NCBI GenBank assembly: GCA_964016885.1
Contig: OZ024746.1
Span: 68,076,001-68,140,000, forward strand
Length of the DNA: 64,000 bases
DNA from: Eledone cirrhosa
Lineage: Eukaryota
Direction: 5' to 3'
In this document: positions 12,250 to 26,211 of the stretch, piece after piece
Position numbering within the stretch: the first letter of the stretch is position 1
Layout: each line of letters opens with the position of its first letter
Program-made: the position numbers and the translations under genes
The notes under the pieces: generated by a model
Database searches by the model: none
What the model was told of the DNA's origin: nothing
Seen by the model: the letters and a program-made list of their open reading frames with translations, nothing else

Positions 12250-12556
12250 ACCAAACGAGAAAAATATTTTGATGATAAATGACGAAATACAGGAGGTAGA
12301 TTCGAAAGCGAAACGATAAGTAAACGTGCAAACAAAGTGGCGGATGCTTTTGAGCGAAAATTACTCTCATTGGTTGATTAGCCAATAAGACGATGAAATT
12401 AGCCAATAAGACGATACATTACAAAAGATGTTTGGCAGGGATCCCCACGGCCAGCGAAACCCCTTGAATATTTTATTCACAAGCTACGCATATATGTCAG
12501 AACACGCAGACTTAAAACATTAAAACATTCTGTTGTGAGTCACTGCATGTCTAACA
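12250..12556 (-). promoter_or_regulatory. CpG-retaining promoter-like segment with CCAAT boxes (probably from a mobile element)
   Basis: Duplicated ATTAGCCAATAAGACGAT, a further ATTGG, many CpGs, and a donor-like TGGTAAGT on the minus strand at ~12250. Confidence 0.3.
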
Positions 12557-12623
12557 GATACATACATACATATATATATATATACACACACACACATATA
12601 TATATACATATATATATATATAT

Positions 12624-12968
12624 CATCATCATCATCATCATTTCATTTTACGTCCGCTTTTTCCCTGCTTGCAAGGGTGAGACGGGAACTGATTCTGGCT
12701 TGATTTCTACAGCTTGATGCCCTTCCTAACACCAACCTCATTTACAGTGAGTGCTGGGTGCTTTTTTTCCGTGGCACCTCCACGACACTTTGCAGTGGAT
12801 TGATAGGGATCCCAGTCCCTATCATCTCATTTCTACAGCTGAGTAAACTGGAGCAATGTGAAATAAAGTGTCTTGCTCAAGGAAACAACACATCACCCGG
12901 TCTGAGAATTGAACTCACAACCTTTCGATTGCAGGGCCAATGCTCTAACCACTAAGCCATGTGCCTCC
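12624..12968 (-). mobile_element. full-length group B SINE (second copy)
   Basis: Reverse complement matches 8856-9266, with one internal repeat unit fewer. Confidence 0.85.
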
Positions 12969-13404
12969 ATTATGTGCCTACATATATATATACACACACA
13001 CACACATATATATATACATATCCTTTTTTTAACTGTTTGGTCAAGGCAGAAGGACACTAGTGCATGATCAGTTTCAGGGCCATCAAGACCAACATGAAGG
13101 AGGGAAGATTATATCCTCAAACTGGAAACCTGGCTCAAATGCTTCCATTAAAATGAACTCTGGTAAAGGCTCCAAGGGGGAATGTAGGTGTGAAACCAGA
13201 TACCAGATTACATCTATCATCAAAATAGGACACAGCAAACTTGAGCTCAGAATACAAAGGGCTGGAACAAATACCACAAGGCATCTCATTTAACACTCTA
13301 CCAATTCTGTCAATCCACTGCTCTAGACAGCTGTTTGTATATATGGACCCATAACGCTTAATGGGATCGTAGGGACACTCTAGTGACATCAGCATGTCTT
13401 AGGC

Positions 13405-13668
13405 AATTTTAAATCTGGCAGAGCCTGTCTCCTTCTCAGGTCTGAATACAGGCAATTTCTTCCAGAGAATGAGATGGAGTGATAGAAAGGAAGTGAGAAA
13501 AGATATAGAAGAAGAATTAACTCTAGTACTGGATTAGTACTTTTTTTTATCAATCTTAGAAGGATGAAAGGCAAAGTTGACTTCAGTAGGTTTTGAACTC
13601 AGAGTGCAGAAAGCCAGAACAAATACTGAAAAGAATTCCATCCAATGACTCTGACAATATGCCACCAT
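13405..13668 (-). mobile_element. long variant of SINE group A (also 24478-24650, 49195-49455)
   Basis: GGATGAAAGGCAAAGTTGAC..TTTGAACTCAG core plus a shared extension AAATCTGGCAGAG..TCTGAAT..TTTCTTCCAGAGAA. Confidence 0.65.
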
Positions 13669-14789
13669 ATTTCTAGACAATATTTTGTTTTATTGCCCCT
13701 GAAAGCATGAAACACAAATTCAACTTCAGTGAGAAAGATATTCTAGGACATTTAATCAGATGTTCTACTGCTTGTAGCTTAAATTGAAGAGATTTTTTTC
13801 TGAAAGTGAGTCGAAGTAATTTGAATACGAATGACAATACTGAATAGTAAATTTCCATGGTAACAACAGAGAAAACAAGCCAATTTTAAAACATGAAATT
13901 ATAGAAATTTTCCTTTTTGTCTCAGCCATATCAGCAAAAGGTAAAAGTTTACACATAGAAATAAATCACTCAATGGAAGTAAAATAAAGAAAAAAATACC
14001 TGCAAGGAATTTCGACAACAAATATTTGTTGTTTATTCTAGGTATTCAGCTGTTTTCTTTTGTGTAAGTTAGTTGTTGGTGTTAGAAAGGGTAGTCAGAG
14101 TTAGAAACCATACCATAAAACCATAAAACTAACATGAAATAGGTTCCCCCAAGCTATCTAAGAGGATATTAACTCTGGAGCATAATGGCTTATCTAACCC
14201 AATCTAAGCCAACATGGAAAGTGGACGTAAAATGAAGACGATGATGATGGTAGTCGTCATCATCATGGTGATCATGATGATGATGATCATTATGACCATC
14301 ACAATCATCATCATGTGTCAGGAGAAAAAAAAAAAGGAGGAGAAATATTTATGACTCTGGATGTCCTCCCTGACTGGTCATATTGATGTGGTTGATGTTA
14401 CACTTGTAGATCAATCTTTGCAAGAAAAACGTGTGTAAAAGATTTACTGTAGAATGTAATCTTGGGAAGGAAGGGTTAAGAGAAGATTTTTTTTTAGTGT
14501 GGGATCTGGGAGGTGGCGATGGAGATGGTGGTGGAAGTGGTGATGGTGGTGACAATAGGAAGGAAAGAGAAAGAAAGAAGTATACAATAAGATTAGAAGT
14601 AAAACAGAAATATCACACAATGAAAGACAAAGCAGAAATGAAAGAGAGAGAAAAAAACAAATATTTTATCTAATAAAGAAGACAATGTAAACTAAATATA
14701 TGAAAGGTCTAATGGTCTGTATGGTACGAGATGTGTGTGGGTGTGTGGGTGGGTATGTGCGTGTGTCTGTGTGTGGGAGGGGGGGGGGT

Positions 14790-14975
14790 GAAGCATCCAG
14801 CCCACACTGAAAAGTGGTTGTGTAGATGGCATGAAAAAAGCACCCTGCACACACTGTGAATGTGGTTGGTGTTAGGAAGGGCATCCAGCCATAGAAACCT
14901 GGCAAGAAACAGTTCTATTCATATAGCTTGCCTCTAATGGGATAACCCATCTAACCCATGCTAGCATGGAAAATG
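14790..14975 (+). mobile_element. RTE-tail SINE/3'UTR fragment
   Basis: CAGCCCACACTG..GGTTGGTGTTAGGAAGGGCATCCAGCC..CTAACCCATGCTAGCATGGAA. Confidence 0.7.
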
Positions 14976-15884
14976 GAGAGAGAGCGAAAGGTGGTTTATT
15001 GGGGCTGGCCTTGATTCAGTTAAATGGGTTATTATCCTCCATCAGTTCTTCTTCAGGTTAGATAGGTTGGCAGAACTTGTCTCATATATTACAGTTTATG
15101 GTATGGTTTCTAAATCTGTCTACCCTTTCTAACACCAACAACTAACTTACACAAAAGAGAAAGTTAATAAAAATTATCATTATGAATCTTTCAACACCTA
15201 TTCTATTCACAAAAGACCTGAATATGCATGTATGTACGTATGTATGCATGCATATATCTATATATGTATATGTGCGGGGACACAGAAATAGTCAGGCTGG
15301 ATACCCTATTGCGCGGTTATACCACAGGGAGTGAAGGACCCCTATCCTTTGTCAGGGCATTCTTCTAGGAGAAAGCAACTCAGGAAACTGGGATAACTCT
15401 GACATAAACCCTGTGGTCCAGTAGTTACCGATGATGTTGATCTTTTCTTCTTTTTGGGTTATAGCTACTGTCATTCAGAGAGTGGGATTGGTTCAGTGCA
15501 CAGTCTTTCCTCACTTTAAAAAAAAAATAATCTTCACACATGATAGAATTAATTAATAATTATTAATAATGATATATCGTGCAACGGCCATATTCGATAA
15601 CGAGGGGGCAGCCATCATCATGTATGTATGTATGTATGTATGTATCATTCATTGATGTATGTCAGTAAGAAATATTGAAAAAAAAATGATGCTCTTCAAA
15701 CAAAAGACTTTGTGATATTTGTTCTGCACTGATTTACAAAGATACTGTTTTGTCACTCTCTCCACACAGTGAACCAGTGATTGGGCTAACATTGTTATTG
15801 ATTAGCAATTGTGATAGAAATCTTTTTTAAAAAAGTAATTTGTAAAAACCAAAAATAACCAATAAAATATATCTTGTTTTCCTC

Positions 15885-15891
15885 CTCATCA

Positions 15892-15922
<31 letters not shown>

Positions 15923-16449
15923 CTCTCTTTCCATATTCCCTAACTCCTCATCATCACCACTATTCTCTCTTTCTCCCTCTCTCTCTCTCTTTCTCTCTGT
16001 CCCCTCTCTCAGTCCCTCTCCCCTAAATTCCTCAACATCACTACAATTCTCTCTCTCTATCTCTGTCCCTCTCCTCAAACTTACTTAACATCACTACCAT
16101 TCTCTCCCTCTCTCTCTCTCTGTTCCTCACTCTCTATCTCTGTCCCTATCTTCCTCAACATATTCACTATCCCCACTCTCTCTATATATCTCTGCCCCTC
16201 CCCCTCCCCCTCCCCCTCCCCCTATCTATACCTCTCTGTCCCTATCTCCACTACTATTCATTTCTACACCCCATACTCAATATTTCTATTGTTTACAATC
16301 TCACATTGTTTACTGTTGTTAAACTGTTCCTTTTGTTCTTTCTCATACTACTTCCTGTTCTTTCCAGACCCTCACTTTATCCATTTCTCTCTTCCTCCCT
16401 CTCCCTCTCTCTTTCTGTCTGTCTCTCTCAGTGTCTCTGATTCTCTCTG

Positions 16450-16530
<81 letters not shown>

Positions 16531-16705
16531 GTCTCTCTCTCAGTGTCTCTGATCCTCTCTGAGTTTCTATCTCTTTCCATCTTTCATTTTCTTTTTGTCT
16601 CTGTGTGTCTTTTTCTCTCCCCCTCTCTCTCTCTCTCTCTCTACCACTTTGTGTCTCTCCCCCTCTCTCTCTCTCTGCCACTTTCTCTCTCTCTCTCTCT
16701 CTCTT
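15885..16705. repeat. pyrimidine-rich (CT)n compound tract
   Basis: CT runs with degenerate TCACTAC..TTCTCTCTC units. Confidence 0.85.
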
Positions 16706-18173
16706 ACAATATTCCCTAGGCACTCATCTCCAAATATATAATGTTCATTTTATCTCATAGAGTAAAAGTAAAAGTAAAAAATATCCAAATTTTATGAGTT
16801 TGATGTTTTTCAAAGTAGTAGTAGTTTATATGTTAAACACTAATATTCCCAGAACACAATAGAATTATAATATCTGTTGAAAAGATTATTGCAATGTTTT
16901 AATCAATTTCTCTAATAAATGACTTTTATATATATATATAAATATATAAAAGTCATATATATATGTCATATATATATATATATATACTATTTCATTTTAT
17001 ATAGATTGTAATCAGCAGACTACAGAAAAATGAATAGTTAAACAAAACGAGTAAAAATAGTACTAATTAAATCTTGAAAACCTAGAACAAATGATAGAGA
17101 AAAAATGTCTGACACAGAGATATGTTCTCCGTATATCAACTAAAGTTTAAAAATATACACACAGCTTGATTTAATTTCTTCTACTTAAACACCATCATCT
17201 GGTTTAATGTTTTGTCACTTTCACACATGTATTGAGTACTTTTTTAACTGTTGTATAAATAACAATACAAACTAAACATTTTGATATTTCTATAGTTTTG
17301 AGAAGGGTCATTTTAACATTCTTGTCACAAGCATTTTTTCAGAGTGTTCATTTCAAGGATAGGTTTTGGTTCAGGTGCCAAGCTTTCAGATCATATCTTA
17401 TTACCTCACTACAGGTCTTACATGGACACCCCCTTCTCCATTGACCTGGGGCCACAACCTTGGTACATTGATGTATCTACCCACTACTAAGGTTCACATG
17501 TCCTAACCAATGCAGTCTGTGTGACCTTAAAACAGAATCATGTGTTGGTATCTTTAATATTTTAAATATTTGCAATATTTTTTTTATACATGAGTATAAG
17601 GTTGAGCTATAATTAGCTTACTGATTCCAAAGAAACATAGGCGGCAGCATTTCAAACATTTATTGTAACTATAACTTACATGAATTACATATATATTACA
17701 TTTGGAATAATGTTTCATAACACTAAAACATATTTTCTATTCACATTTCTTAACAGTAAGCTAGCCATAGACCATCCTGTATATAGATAAACTTTATACA
17801 TTTAAACATACATTCAAGTATTTTCATGTGTTTATTAACATTCATCAGATGCATAGCAAGGAGTTGCAAGAGAAAGCAGTTGTCCATAAGTGCAGGTATG
17901 AAGGGGTACAACATTTCTTTTGGTCTATCATACCTGTTTAATTAAGTAGATATGGGAAAATTGTCATTGTCTCTGAGCACTGAGAGAGAGAGAGATCTTG
18001 TTACACCACTGACATTCATATACATGAATGGAGTATACCTATGCCTACATAAAATATTAATTCTGAATAAAATACATCCTGAAGGATGATGAGGCAATAG
18101 AAGCAATAAGCCTGGAAAGTTTACTCAATATTACCAACCTGTTTGAATGTATGCTTTCACTCCATGCTGATAT

Positions 18174-18245
18174 ACAGGGTTCTCAGAAAAATATATGCAT
18201 ACTTCAACAGTATTCTAATAAATATATGTATACATTTTTGGGGGA

Positions 18246-18250
<5 letters not shown>
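18174..18250. mobile_element. Tc1/mariner-type MITE (decayed copy of the 45336 family)
   Basis: TA-CAGGGT..CTTCAACAG.ATTCTAAT..TGTATACATTTT..GGACA, matching 45336-45412. Confidence 0.55.
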
Positions 18251-18320
<70 letters not shown>

Positions 18321-18764
18321 TGACTTTTACAAGGTAAGAACAGTTTCATTTGTATGAAATCATGAGGTTACTTCATTACACAACTCAGGCAGGCTAACGA
18401 AGAATGGTAGGTTTTACATGTGGCTGATGCACAGAAGCAGTAAGTAGCAAGAACTCACAAGATATAAAGATATTAGGTTTGATTCCATGTAGTGACCACT
18501 GGCCACTGTTTTCCATCTATAAGGAGCCTTTACACAATTTTCTAAGCTATTATTTATAGCAACCAACTGTGTTTACAGTTATTTTCTGAGTCTGAGTTTC
18601 TTACTTTTTCCATTAAATTCGAAAGTTCTATACTTTGCATACTATATATATATAGTCGTGTAGGTGTCACGACAAAAAAAAAACACATAGTCCATGCTGT
18701 AATATGGCCATGTAGGAAACACAGTAAAAAGGCTCCCAGTTCACACCTGTAAATGTGGTTGATG

Positions 18765-19778
18765 CCATGGGAACTTCTCTATGCTGACAATCTGGCTCTT
18801 ATGGCAGAATCAGTAGAGGAGCTAGAGAATAAATTCCGGCTATGGAAACAGCAGTTGGAAGCAAGAGGACTGAGAGTAAATCTAGCTAAGACAAAAGTGT
18901 TGATGAGTAGAAAAGAGGACAAAACCCTGATTCCGTCAGGGAAATGGCCATGTTCGATATGCAGAAAAGGAACTGGCATAAATTCTATAAAATGCACACA
19001 ATGTAGGTCCTGGGTACACAAGAGATGTAGCGGGATAGCAGGCAAACTAACAGGTAGGGAGAACTATGTATGCAGTAGATGTACAGGGAAATTAGACAGT
19101 AGAAGTCGCACTGATAGACACATTTTTCAAATGCGAGAGGGCGCTATAGAAGTGGTGGATAGCTTCCGGTACCTAGGAGATCAGATTAGCATGGGAGGAG
19201 GGTGTTCCGAGGCCATAGTATCTAGAATAAGGACGGGTTGGAAAAAGTTTAGGGAGCTGCTTCCTCTGTTGACGAAGAAGGGTTTCTCCCTGCGTACGAA
19301 AGGCCGGTTGTATGATGCCTGTGTGAGGAGCGCGATGCTGCATGGTAGTGAGACATGGGCAGCTACCGCAGAAGATATGCGACGGCTGGAGAGAAATGAG
19401 GCAAGCATGCTCCGTTGGATGTGCAGTGTAAATGTGCGTGAACGACCCAGCATAAATGTGTTGAGAGAGAAACTGTGTCTGAGAGGGATAGAATGTAGTG
19501 TACGGGAGAGGAGACTGAGGTGGTATGGACATGTGATGCGCATGGAGGATGACCGATGGGTGAAGAAGTGCCAGGAAATGCCAGTTGAAGGAAGACGTGG
19601 TAGAGGTAGACCACGAAAAACATGGGCGGAGGTGGTGAGAACAGACCTCAGATCATTGAAGCTCACGGTGGAGATGACGAGGGACCGTGACGAGTGGAGA
19701 GATGCTGTGCTGAATAAGACCCGTCCCACCCTTGCAAGCAGGGAAAAGCTGACGTAAAATGATGATGATGATGATGAT
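18765..19778 (+). mobile_element. RTE-clade LINE family 1, 5'-truncated, open reading frame retained
   Basis: ORF to 19757 without stops (YADD mutated to YADN); near-identical to 1-1083; (GAT)n tail. Confidence 0.95.
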
Positions 19779-19812
19779 ATAATAACCATTATCGTTTTAT
19801 GTCCGGTAATTA

Positions 19813-20003
19813 AGGGCGGTAGATTGGCAGTATCGGTAGAGGGTCAGACGCCATGCTTTCCAGCATAGTTACGTCCCTTTACGATCTGAGTTCAAATCCC
19901 GCCGAGGTTGACTTTGCCTTTCATCCTTACGGGGTCAATAAAATAAAGTACCAGTAATGCACTGAGTAATTGCTGGCCTTGTGCCTAAAGTAGAAACAAT
20001 TAT
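19813..20003 (+). mobile_element. SINE group A with target-site duplication
   Basis: Full head and body, flanked by the direct repeat ATTATCGTTTTATGTCC; inserted into an older minus-strand RTE-tail element. Confidence 0.85.
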
Positions 20004-21280
20004 CGTTTTATGTCCATTTTCTATGCTTGTATGTGTTAAACAGGTTGTCACATTAAGAAACAAACAAGTCATGTGATAATGTCTTTGGTCATACGATCTG
20101 CATTTTGGCTTGTTTTCTGTGGCTGGATGGCCTTCCTAACACCAACCATCTTACAGTGTGCATTGGGTGCCTTTTATCATGGCACTAAAATGACCATCAA
20201 ACAGGCTGGACTAGGTGTTTTTTTTTATCATGTCACCAGAGGTGGATTGGGTGCTTGTTTTTTTTTGTGTTCCCTTACCATCTTAAAAAAAGAAGGGGCA
20301 CACTAGACTATCTATTTAGTTATAAAAAAAATATGGGATGTTCAAAGCTATTTGTTTTAATGTACATGTTCTGTTTTCTTCCTTTTTTAAAGATAGTAAC
20401 TGAGATTAGGTTTTTTTCTTAGCAGATCAAACAAGTGCATAAAACATTCCTGCTTGGTTCCCTGTTACATAGTGTATTAGATTTTGACTTTCTTACCAAA
20501 CAACTCACATTTTCAAGCATGAATTATATTTCTAAATGATTATGAAAAAAAATTATTGACATCATACAATTTCCTGTTCATACAAATTACAAGGTTATAT
20601 AATCTTGAAAACTTTATAATGAAGTGTTTGTATATTTGAAAGCTCTATTAATATCAATCAATAGGTTAATTTTCTGAATATATTAATTAAAATTTCATAA
20701 TTTAACATTGAAGAGATTTTTTAGCAAATTCTATAATTTTATTTCTGTTATAAATCAATAAATACTTTGATATTCAATATGTAAGCAGGTGTTGTGAATA
20801 TATGTGTGTATGTGCATTTATCAGTATATTTACATATCTGATTTGAATTAATTCAGATGAGATGTTTTTTTACATGAATTATTTTCATGCGTCTAATAAT
20901 AAATTTGTTTTCAATATATGCATATGTGTGTGTTATCATCATCATCATTATTCAACATCCACTTTCCTTGCTAGAAAGTGTTGGGCAGGTCTTCACAGAC
21001 CAAATCAGTACTAAAGCTGGGCTACTGACCTCTCAGACAGGCCAGAGATTTGCATCTCACTTTCATATTATTCCACGTTTTACTGAGTGCATTTTATCAT
21101 GAAACCAGCACTAAAGAGGATGTCATGTATTTGACACAACTGGAGGGTCCTCCAAACCCTTTGTTTGGCAGGCTCTCCATGCTTGGATGTCCTTCCCATC
21201 ACCAACATCTTTACAGCATGTACTGGTTGAATATATTGTGTAGATCACCAAATATAAATGAAGATGATGATATATATATA

Positions 21281-21375
21281 GTGGAGAAAGCAAGACATTT
21301 AATAACAAAATTTATTCCTTACACGTGTTTCGTCCTGTAGGTACATTTAATAATTCAACAGGTGAATACACAAGG
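21281..21375 (-). ncRNA. degenerate hammerhead (3' half intact) with AATAAA tail into (TA)n
   Basis: Minus strand: CCTGT...ACAGG-AC GAAA CACGTG TA AGG AATAAA. Stem III is palindromic; CUGAnGA is not recognisable. Confidence 0.45.
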
Positions 21376-22251
21376 TTTATATATGAAGAGTCATGGGGTA
21401 GAGTGGTGATTATAGACTTCAAGAAGGTAACCTTCATGCCAAAGATGGTATGGACTGTTAGAACTGGCAGTATGCAGTGCTGGAGAAAGTACGTCCTCCA
21501 TTACAAGCAAGACACCCTATATGCACTGATTAATATCTCCATCCACCCACTATATGTTATACCTATAAATATATATACATATATACATATACAGAGAGAG
21601 AGAGAGAGAGAGAGAGATGTACCTTGGAAAAAATAATAAATATTTACTAAAACAATGGAATATCCCAAATGATTTTTGCCATGCTGCTAAAGGAGAAAAC
21701 ATTTAATCAAAGCAGTTTCACACATTCTTTTCAATGAGTTTCTCTCCTTATCAGTTGTCATAGTTACCCTATGTTGAAGTGACTTTCTTAGCTGCCTCTT
21801 CAATTCATAAGTAGACATGGCTAAATAATTAAAAAATAAATATTTCTGACTCCTTTACACAGTTCTTCCCTGGAGAATTCTACATACATATTTCTACTGT
21901 GTTATTTGATTTTTTTTGTTTAATGAATGTTCATTTAAAACATATGATTGTTGTATCCTCAATTGATATGATGTATATGGTACTTCTAGAAGTTTATACA
22001 TATTAAAATTGGTTTCAAAAATATAATTTAATAGTAAAATGGGCACTAGCATATTTGATATAATAAGCCAAGAAAAATTTAATTAACTGAAATCACACTC
22101 ATAGTAATGAGAACAAATTATTATTTAAATTACTAATTCTGGTAAAATAAAACAGAATAAAGAACTCTGAAATTTCAATTAAAGAAAATTACTTAAATGT
22201 GGTATAATTAAAATTCATTAAATTTGGATTGAGTCTGATCAACAGCAGCAT

Positions 22252-22312
22252 ATTGCCAGCTTCAAACATGTTTCAGTCTTATTAGACCTCATCAGCATAG
22301 ACTAGCTGCAAT
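22252..22312 (-). ncRNA. minimal type I hammerhead ribozyme
   Basis: Minus strand: CTGATGA GGTCT-AATA-AGACT GAAA CATG TT, with distal stem I ATTGCAGCT/AGCTGGCAAT; proximal stem I is weak. Confidence 0.65.
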
Positions 22313-23360
22313 TACATGATCTTAGAATGACTATAATGTTCTAAACATGAAAATAAATCAACACTCAATCTTACTGTTAGTTGCAGCCTGATTAAAAAAA
22401 GTTTGTCATTTACTTACTCACACACCCAATTATTACAATAATGATTCACTGTTCTTTACTGTGAAATGTAGAGTAGGGGCTGAAACATTAGATTATAAAC
22501 TCCTCTAGGCAATGTTTTTTTGGGGCTGGATGGAAGTAGTTCTGTAGTTCTGGAGTAAGTGGTAGTGCTCATAACCTCTACAGACCCTCCAGTAATTTAT
22601 CTAAATCTCCTATAAATGTCTCGTTTGTTTCTCTTCTAAATACAGTTGGGTGTAATTTGAGAGTGCACTGGTTTCTACTTCTAGCAAGCTTAGTGACAAT
22701 ATAAAGGCCACCACAACCAAACTTGTAAGAAACAAGGCAGTTTTCAGGCTTCAAGCACTTCCTAATTATAAAACACTATTTTTAATATTTAATTTGCCAG
22801 ATTTATTTCATAATTAAAAATTATAACTTTAGAAATAATCTGAATAGAATAGTTTCTCCAATATTAATATTGGAAGTGATTCAAGTCACAGTTAAATAGA
22901 GGATTTGCTTCAAGCAATACTAAGTGTGACAGCTACAATGAAGGAATTCAACTGGCAATAATTCAATAATTTACCGTTTTGCTCAAATCACAGACATGTT
23001 GTAGCCTGTTGATTTATATGTTCTTTTTCCAATTTTAATATAAATTCTGTTCAAATATAAAATAATTTCTGATTTGTAAACTATTCTTCATAATTATGTT
23101 ATTTCATATCAATTATATTATATTATGTAATTTTTTTAATATGGTTTGGAGCTCCAGTCTAAGTTACACTTTCTATGAGATAACTGTTTTCATGCTAACC
23201 TAAAGTACCAAGGAAAGAAATGGACATGATGATGACAACAATGATGACAATGATAACGATATTGAGAAGTAAGAAGATGAGCAATAGAAAATGATAATGA
23301 TAATAGGGAAGGCATTAAAAAATATTTTGCTAAAATCACTAAATAAAGAACTATCATTTG

Positions 23361-23422
<62 letters not shown>

Positions 23423-23865
23423 GAGAGAGAAGGGGGGAGCAAGGTGGGTGAATGGTCATAATGTCATGTCCTTCTTCTCTGAGGAAGAATGTACCCCTCA
23501 ACATAAATTAGTAGCCAGTGACCTTAAAGTAAGAGCTAGTCAAACTAAGAAACAAGTCTGGTGAAAGAAGACATGGACGCTCAGAGAATTCTCTGAGAGT
23601 AACAAATTTAGAAAGATATTACTTGATGCCTATGACAATAAGGAAGAGGAGTTGGGGACATATAACAGAAAAATTGGAAATTTCTATGGGACAACCTGCT
23701 CGAAGCTACAAACCAAGTCTGTGGCAGGAGCAAGGTCCTACCAAGTCAGAGGGGGATGTTGTGGTGGAATGATAAGGTAGAAAGACCATAAAAAATTACA
23801 AACCTAAAAAGAGTGCACACATATATAGCATATGAGTTCTATAAAAACAATCTATATACATAAAA

Positions 23866-24370
23866 AGGATGACAGCTGCATAAAAATGTGCAGAGCACTA
23901 GAAGTCAATGGAAACCGCAGAGTGGGGAGACCCAAGAAGACCTGGGATGAGATGATAAAAGCCGACCTTACCCAATTACACCTCTCAAAGGCAATGACAC
24001 ACGACCGTGACCTCTGGCGTCATGCAGTAATACAGAGTACCCGACCTCCCATGGGTACAAGCTGAAGCATATAGACAATATGCTCCCACACCGCCCACCG
24101 CAAGGTGGTCGTGGAGGTGCCACGGCAAAAAAGCACCCAGCCCACACTGTAAAGTGGATGTGTAGGCGCCACGAAAAAGCACCCAGCACTCACTGTAAAT
24201 GAGGTTGGTGTTAGGAAGGGCATCCAGCTGTAGAAATCAAGCCAAATCAGTTCCTGTATGAGCATGGCATGGTCAGCCAACCAGACACTGCCCACAACAG
24301 GACAACCTGTCTAACCCATGCTAGCGTGGAAGAACGGACGTAAAACGGTGATGATGATGATGATGATGAT
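23866..24370 (+). mobile_element. RTE family 3, 3' end (ORF end and 3'UTR)
   Basis: DDSCIK.CRALEV..GRPKKTW..QSTRPPMGTS; near-identical to 44550-45051. Confidence 0.9.
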
Positions 24371-25309
24371 CCATGACATCTGGAGGCCTTCATATAAGGA
24401 TTGTCTAGAAAATGTATGTATGTATGGTCTTGTAATTCCTGAGTGAGATGTAGGGGCAACTTATGTCAGTATGACATTTTTAAACCTGGCAGAGCCAATC
24501 TTCTCTCCATGTCTGAATATAGCAGATTTCTTCCAGAGAAGGATAGAGAGTGAGAGAATGGAAGTGAGAAAGAAATATAGAGGAAGAATCGACCCAGTAC
24601 TAGACTGGTACATTTTTATCAACCTCGAATGGATGAAAGGCAAAGTTTATCTGAGTTATGAAAAATAGATTAAGTCAAAACAGTGAATATTTTTCAGGAA
24701 GTATTAAACATTGGTTACTAATGGTGAAGTTAGTACAAACATTATCTATGAAATTGATCTGAAGGTTATCTTTTTTACTTCTGACTGAATAAGTAGCTAT
24801 AATTTTAAATGTGGATTCTCTATAAAGGTCAACAGACTTGGTGATACATCTGATTTACATTTTGTTTGCTTAGCTGACACCTAAAGACAATATCTGTCTG
24901 AACAATGTGAACATACTGTGTCTATGTGCAGCATATAGCTATAAGCTGGAATAAGTTATTTGTATTTGCAGTTTATCTCCACTCAATACCTGCAAGCTGT
25001 GTCTCTCTTCCTATAAATATTTAGTGAAAAAGATACAAACAATCTGATAATATTCTATCAGAACTCTGTAGCAATATTATGTTGCCAGCAAATGTTTTGT
25101 TGTAAATTCTACAGATACCTCACTAGAATATAACTCAATCAAGAAATAGTCAAATTAAAGAATTTCAATAATTATTATTCTACATGAATTTATGTAATAA
25201 ATATATCTCACTGCGTAGTAACTTTGACAAATGTTCTCTAATATAGTTTTTGATCAATAAAAGTTTTGCAAGTGAAATTTGTAGAAAGAAATTGCATATA
25301 AGCCGTTGT

Positions 25310-25340
<31 letters not shown>

Positions 25341-26211
25341 GGATGTAATCCATCACCTAGGTTAACCCCATCCGATAGCTCTTTGTACCTTTAGCAGATT
25401 CTACTGTATTGCCAATATTTGGGTTAAATCACCAGCTTGAGGATATCACCATCCCTGTCTCCCACTAGTTACAGAGGCCCAGAAAAATAGCATGGCAGCT
25501 ACTCATCTACCTCGAACTAAACATATTAAAACAACAGGAAATATACTTCAAACTGACATCTATATTTTCTAAGAATATGAGGCATACTGGACAAGAACAC
25601 TGAAATAAAGGTTTGAAAATGTAATTCTAATCCAAGAATTATGTTACCAGGAAATGATTGGTAAATTCTGAATAAGAAAAAAAAATGTAATAAATAAGAA
25701 TATTGACGATGGAGTTAATAATCCATTTATTAACTACAACTTCATTAATAAACAACCCCAGAAATAAAGAAAAGTAATTAGACTTATATAGCAGAGATAG
25801 TTAATCAGTCTGACTCTCTGTCTCACTGTCTGTCTGTGTTTATTTAGCCATCTAATTCTCCATCCATCTATCTAAACTGCAATCCACCTGTTTATCTACA
25901 CATACATTCATCCTCTAGTTCATCCGGCCATCCCCTCTGTCCATCCATCAGTCCATCCGGCTATGTATCCATCCATCAGTTGCAACCCGGTAAAGCCTGA
26001 GTCATTCTTCCTTTCAACTTAATATGAGAAATGTTTCAGTTGAATGAAACATTAATTTTCCAGAACACAATACTGCCAAGTTACAAACCACATAGCTAGA
26101 TTTCTTTCCTTTCATGTATGACACAAAACTGTATTTCAAGAAAATATGCATTAAACAACAGTAACAATTACTACTACTATTTCCTTTTCTTCTGTTCCTC
26201 CTCCTTCATCT

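Noticed and set aside
13030-13395. Moderately GC-rich segment with overlapping short ORFs, possible host exon
   Set aside because: No recognisable domain or convincing splice sites; cannot be supported without alignment.
23580-23597. Perfect 18-bp palindrome CTCAGAGAATTCTCTGAG
   Set aside because: Isolated and single, with no associated structure.
25308-25342. T-run followed by a long G-run
   Set aside because: Simple homopolymer, length unreliable, no further context.
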